Assembly: GCA_002781785.1 (NCBI GenBank)
Contig: PFGC01000042.1
Location: 14,746 to 69,753, forward strand
DNA length: 55,008 bases
From: Candidatus Kerfeldbacteria bacterium CG15_BIG_FIL_POST_REV_8_21_14_020_45_12
GTDB lineage: Bacteria; Patescibacteriota; Patescibacteriia; UBA9570; XYC2-FULL-38-9
Direction of reading: 5' to 3'
Shown here: one piece after another, positions 52,565-55,008 of the stretch
Position numbering within the stretch: the stretch's first letter is position 1
Layout of the letters: the number at the start of each line of letters is the position of its first letter
Made by a program: the position numbers and the translations under genes
The notes under the pieces: model-generated
Told to the model about the DNA's origin: nothing
The model's input: the letters and a program-made list of their open reading frames with translations, nothing else
The model's database searches: none

Positions 52565-53596
52565 CTATTCGTGCCTCCAATTCGTCAGTAAATCATTCAA
52601 CAAATCATCTAAATCAACTGACGAAACAGCAATGCGAGAATCAGCTGCACCATAATACATATACAGCCTTCCATCAAAAATAGTGTTGCCAGTTGGGAAG
52701 ACCACATTGTTAACATCACCCGTCAACTCCCATGGCAACTCAGGTTGAAATAGAGGATCCTTCATCCTAGCAATTACCTTTTGAGGATTCTCCAAATCGA
52801 GTAATGCCGCGGCGGCTGAATAAGTTTTACCACTGTTTCTAGATTTTACCGCATGATATATAACCAACCATCCCTTATCCGTTTTAATCGGGGGTCCTCC
52901 GCCACCAATGTTTCTAGTTTCATACCAATACTTATTCTCCATCAAAACATGATCATCTAAGTGTTTTAGATAATCTATCCAAAATTCAGGGCCCATTAAT
53001 TGAGACATTTCATCAACGTACGCAATTTGCATATCTGGCAATATTCTATGTACAAAAGCAATCTTGCCGTTGATGCGTTCAGGAAAAATATACGCATCTT
53101 TATCCCAAATCAATACTTCGGGTCCTGACCTGTGTTGTAAGAATGCCTCAAACAAAAAGTAAGCCTCTTTAACTCCAGCCTCTTGAAAATATTCCTCAGC
53201 CTCGTGGTAAGTCATCCTAGGCGAAACAATCCCTTCTTTTTTCCATGTTTTCAAATCATCGCTCGTAGCCATGCCAATAAGAGCATTCTTGCCATCGTAT
53301 GCGGTGTAGAACATATAATACCGCCCTTCGAATTCTATAACTCGCGGATCCTCCACGCCATGCGAATCGTGCTCAGTTGATGGAACAAGGACGGGTGTGG
53401 CTGATCTTTCTACAACTGTCAGCGGGCCATCTAGCTTGGCGTATCCAATGCTAGAATAATTTACTTGTTTCACTGCACGATAAAACAAATGCACCTCATT
53501 ACCCACCTGAATAGTTGTGGGATTAAGCACGGCTTGATTTTCAAATTCGTTGTCAGTTGCCTCTAACAAAATTCCTTCCTTCTTCACCTCAATCAT
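52565..53596 (-). CDS. GH130-family glycoside phosphorylase/hydrolase (beta-mannoside phosphorylase-like)
   Basis: VEDPRVIEF, RYYMFYTAYDG, DKDAYIFPE, GGGGPPIKT, WLVIYHAV, LYMYYGAADSRI. Start moved to ATG 53596 (MIEVKKEG). Confidence 0.85.
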   Translation of the reverse strand: MIEVKKEGILLEATDNEFENQAVLNPTTIQVGNEVHLFYRAVKQVNYSSIGYAKLDGPLTVVERSATPVLVPSTEHDSHGVEDPRVIEFEGRYYMFYTAYDGKNALIGMATSDDLKTWKKEGIVSPRMTYHEAEEYFQEAGVKEAYFLFEAFLQHRSGPEVLIWDKDAYIFPERINGKIAFVHRILPDMQIAYVDEMSQLMGPEFWIDYLKHLDDHVLMENKYWYETRNIGGGGPPIKTDKGWLVIYHAVKSRNSGKTYSAAAALLDLENPQKVIARMKDPLFQPELPWELTGDVNNVVFPTGNTIFDGRLYMYYGAADSRIAVSSVDLDDLLNDLLTNWRHE

Positions 53597-53740
53597 GGGA
53601 CAAGCAATAATTACTAGACTGGTGCATTGTAACAGATTGACCGGCCTCCGACTATAAAATTGACAAAGGTGGCCTAAGTCATCTAAGTTAGTGGCGCAAC
53701 GCTCTTCTACAACAACTAGCCCAAACTCTGGAGGCGTAAC

Positions 53741-54673
53741 ATGCACATTAACCTGCGCCTCCTTCAGGAGGCTGTACGGAAAGGCGCCAGACTGCTCTTG
53801 AGCCTGCTCAAGCTGATGCGCAATATCCTGCGGGTAACGCTAGAAACAGTTGGCATCATTGAGTTGATTGGGCTAATCCGCCTAATCATCACCTGGAGTC
53901 TGACCCGCTCCCTGAGTCGACTGATCAACCAAGGCCAGCGCGTTCACTGGTGGATCGTTCACGGCAAACTCCAGGCTACGCACCTGACTCCCGGACCGGT
54001 CGTAGCCAACGTCCTCTTCATTCCAGGCTACACAGACGTACCTGAAACGGGTATTGGCCTGGCTCATCGGCTACTCAAGCAAGGTTGCCACGTCACCTTC
54101 CTCAAAATCGGAAAAGGTGGCAACAGCGCCTGCCGGCAAGACACACTGACGGCCAACCAGGAACGCCTAGTCGAACTGGCGAGTCTAGCCGAAAAGAACG
54201 GAGCGCCGGTCATCCTAATCGGTCACAGTCTGGGTGGAGTCCAAGCCGGATGGCTCGCAGACAATCTCAGGCGTGCACATGACTGTCCAGTGAAACTCGT
54301 GATCGGCATCCAAGCTCCGGTGCGTGGCTCACCCCTGGGTCGGTTCGGCGAAAACGGCGGGGCACAGGAACTAATCATCGACCAAGACGGACATGGCTGT
54401 CTAGGGGTTCAACAGACGGTCACCATGTTTCGTGACTTGGAGAAGCACGAAACCATCCTGAAGTTCTTCTGCGCCATCTATGATGAAGTCAATCCGCGCA
54501 GGTTCTGCCGACTGCCTCGAAATAGGCTCTCGCGCGGCTCCTGGGCTGAAACACTTCCGCACATCGGTCACTGGGGAGCTCTCCAAAACCCTTGGGCCAT
54601 GGACGTGATTGGTGGATTTATCCAGCACGTTCTACGCAGTGAGTCGTGGGCCGGTGACAAGGAGGAAGACTAA
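53741..54673 (+). CDS. Alpha/beta-hydrolase (lipase/esterase-like) in a GC-rich block; true start uncertain
   Basis: Nucleophile elbow VILIGHSLGGVQAG, preceded by VLFIPGYTD...LLKQGCHVTF and followed by a late H (LPHIGHWGAL). The first ~60 codons look non-native, so a downstream TTG/GTG start is possible. Confidence 0.6.
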   Translation: MHINLRLLQEAVRKGARLLLSLLKLMRNILRVTLETVGIIELIGLIRLIITWSLTRSLSRLINQGQRVHWWIVHGKLQATHLTPGPVVANVLFIPGYTDVPETGIGLAHRLLKQGCHVTFLKIGKGGNSACRQDTLTANQERLVELASLAEKNGAPVILIGHSLGGVQAGWLADNLRRAHDCPVKLVIGIQAPVRGSPLGRFGENGGAQELIIDQDGHGCLGVQQTVTMFRDLEKHETILKFFCAIYDEVNPRRFCRLPRNRLSRGSWAETLPHIGHWGALQNPWAMDVIGGFIQHVLRSESWAGDKEED

Positions 54674-54812
54674 GCCTGGAGGAGTGCTTGGTCTCTTTTT
54701 TTTATCTAATAAATTACCCTTGCCATCAAAAAAATGTGGTGGTAAGGTCGCTTTACTCAGCCTAAACTGCCTGAGTGATCCAACAACCCGGCATAACCAC
54801 AAGGAGGTCACA

Positions 54813-55008
54813 ATGCCGACTGCAAGCACCGACGGAACCGACATCCCCATCGTCAACATGGACCGGGCCCTGCACGGAGGTCAGGCAGACCGGAACAAAG
54901 AACGTGAGCTCATGGTGTTCGCCCTCGAGCACTTCGGCCTCGTCTGGGTGGAGATGGATTCTGACATCGGACCCATTCGGAACCGGTGGCTGGAGATGAT
55001 CCTCCGCT
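54813..55008 (+). CDS. Partial ORF (65 codons, runs off the right edge), possibly a 2OG-Fe(II)/IPNS-type oxygenase N-terminus
   Basis: AAGGAGG lies 5 nt upstream of ATG 54813. Own translation: MPTASTDGTDIPIVNMDRALHGGQADRNKERELMVFALEHFGLVWVEMDSDIGPIRNRWLEMILR. The IPIV(N/D)... then A....G(F/L)..V pattern resembles DIOX_N. GC-rich. Confidence 0.35.
   Translation, partial: MPTASTDGTDIPIVNMDRALHGGQADRNKERELMVFALEHFGLVWVEMDSDIGPIRNRWLEMILR

Noticed and set aside
1-55008. CRISPR arrays, rRNA/tRNA genes, IS elements, integrases, prophage genes, and a recoded stop codon (UGA as sense, as in some CPR lineages).
   Set aside because: I saw no regular repeat-spacer structure, no rRNA- or tRNA-like sequence and no transposase or integrase motifs. 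Long housekeeping ORFs (rpoB, rpoC, guaA) are intact under the standard code, so no recoding is needed.

Overview
This is a 55 kb segment of a compact, low-GC bacterial chromosome. Spot counts give about 38-43% G+C in ordinary lines. Almost all genes are on the minus strand, in very tight and often overlapping operons.

Recognisable core genes:
- guaA and guaB (divergent), rpoB-rpoC, a murE-like ligase, and lexA.
- xseA-xseB, ruvA, ruvC, yebC, galU and rlmH.

Envelope and glycan genes:
- An LCP-family protein, a FemAB-family protein and YvcK.
- Two large GT-C-like/DUF2079 membrane proteins.
- A GT4 fusion protein next to a GH130 phosphorylase.

I found no rRNA, tRNA, CRISPR array, transposase or integrase.

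The gene content suggests a Patescibacteria/CPR-type, Saccharibacteria-like genome. The signs are arrays of small VirB2/TrbC-like 'T4SS pilin' proteins, an IMPDH without CBS domains, no rplJL ahead of rpoB, and many stand-alone ATP-grasp ligases. This placement is inference only.

Most notable observations:
1. An undescribed protein family with conserved N-terminal (MRR..GRxRAxxL) and C-terminal (LPPRxxV/L) ends.
   - Three tandem copies lie downstream of a large secreted S8 protease. One is an unlisted 46-codon 'ends-only' ORF.
   - A fourth copy sits at the left window edge.
2. Three short GC-rich islands (about 57-72% G+C) carry foreign-looking genes and have no mobility genes.
3. Three tandem stand-alone ATP-grasp ligases, two of them cyanophycin-synthetase-like.
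4. An ATP-grasp/retropepsin plus PKD-7TM cassette wedged between ruvA and ruvC.
5. A six-gene array of T4SS-pilin-like proteins, including a Cys-rich variant translationally coupled to an orphan solute-binding protein.
6. A lexA promoter with a non-canonical direct-repeat operator candidate, a DinB fragment, and an exonuclease-WYL plus Cas4-like nuclease pair.
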